NCBI GenBank assembly: GCA_044507735.1
Contig: JBIQJB010000036.1
Span: forward strand, 1-17,130
Reading direction: 5' to 3'
Origin: Nitrosopumilales archaeon
GTDB taxonomy: Archaea > Thermoproteota > Nitrososphaeria > Nitrososphaerales > Nitrososphaeraceae
Length of the DNA: 17,130 bases
Of this stretch, positions 16,936 to 17,130 are shown piece after piece. The position numbers and the translations under genes were made by a program. The stretch's first letter is position 1. Each line of letters starts with the position of its first letter. The notes under the pieces are model-generated. The model did no database searches. It saw only the letters and a list, made by a program, of their open reading frames with translations, and was not told the origin of the DNA.

Positions 16936-16936
16936 A

Positions 16937-16965
16937 TTTTTCTTTTTTGACGATTCCTTCTTTTT
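16937..16965 (+). terminator. Archaeal oligo-T terminator
   Basis: TTTTTCTTTTTT and TTCTTTTT runs directly after the stop at 16935. Confidence 0.55.
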
Positions 16966-17130
16966 GCGATGAGCTATTGTTGGATTATTTGATGCCTTTA
17001 TTGTTTCAATGAAAAAGTGGGTTTTTGGCTGTCGTGCTGCGGGCCCTTCCGCCTTACCATGACAGCCAATGAATGCTTGGCACTTGTATCAATAGAGTGG
17101 CGATATTTACTCCCGCTTTACAAGCACATA

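Noticed and set aside
17107-17130. Possible 3' end of a minus-strand gene (YVLVKRE*)
   Set aside because: Too short to support within this window.

Overview
A 17.1 kb accessory region of an archaeal chromosome. The gene families and promoter style point to a soil ammonia-oxidising archaeon of the Nitrososphaeraceae; this is inferred from family recall and from TATA-like boxes about 25 nt upstream of start codons. I found no rRNA, tRNA, CRISPR array or transposase. Recognisable genes are a CAP/SCP-domain membrane protein, an HdeD/DUF308 membrane protein, an RNase HI-like protein that has lost its catalytic acids, an MFS transporter, a six-hairpin glycosidase convergent on a SemiSWEET transporter, a class III nucleotide cyclase, and SHOCT, SWIM and DUF2024 proteins. 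The best candidate for an undescribed system is a coupled two-gene operon carrying three DUF2795-like modules (one gene has an N-terminal C2H2 finger), next to a divergent DUF6766-like membrane gene. Manual translation also revealed four Cys/His-rich microproteins of 39-54 aa that are absent from the ORF track: two C2H2 fingers, one metallothionein-like protein and one C/H-knuckle protein. All family assignments come from remembered motifs, not from database searches.
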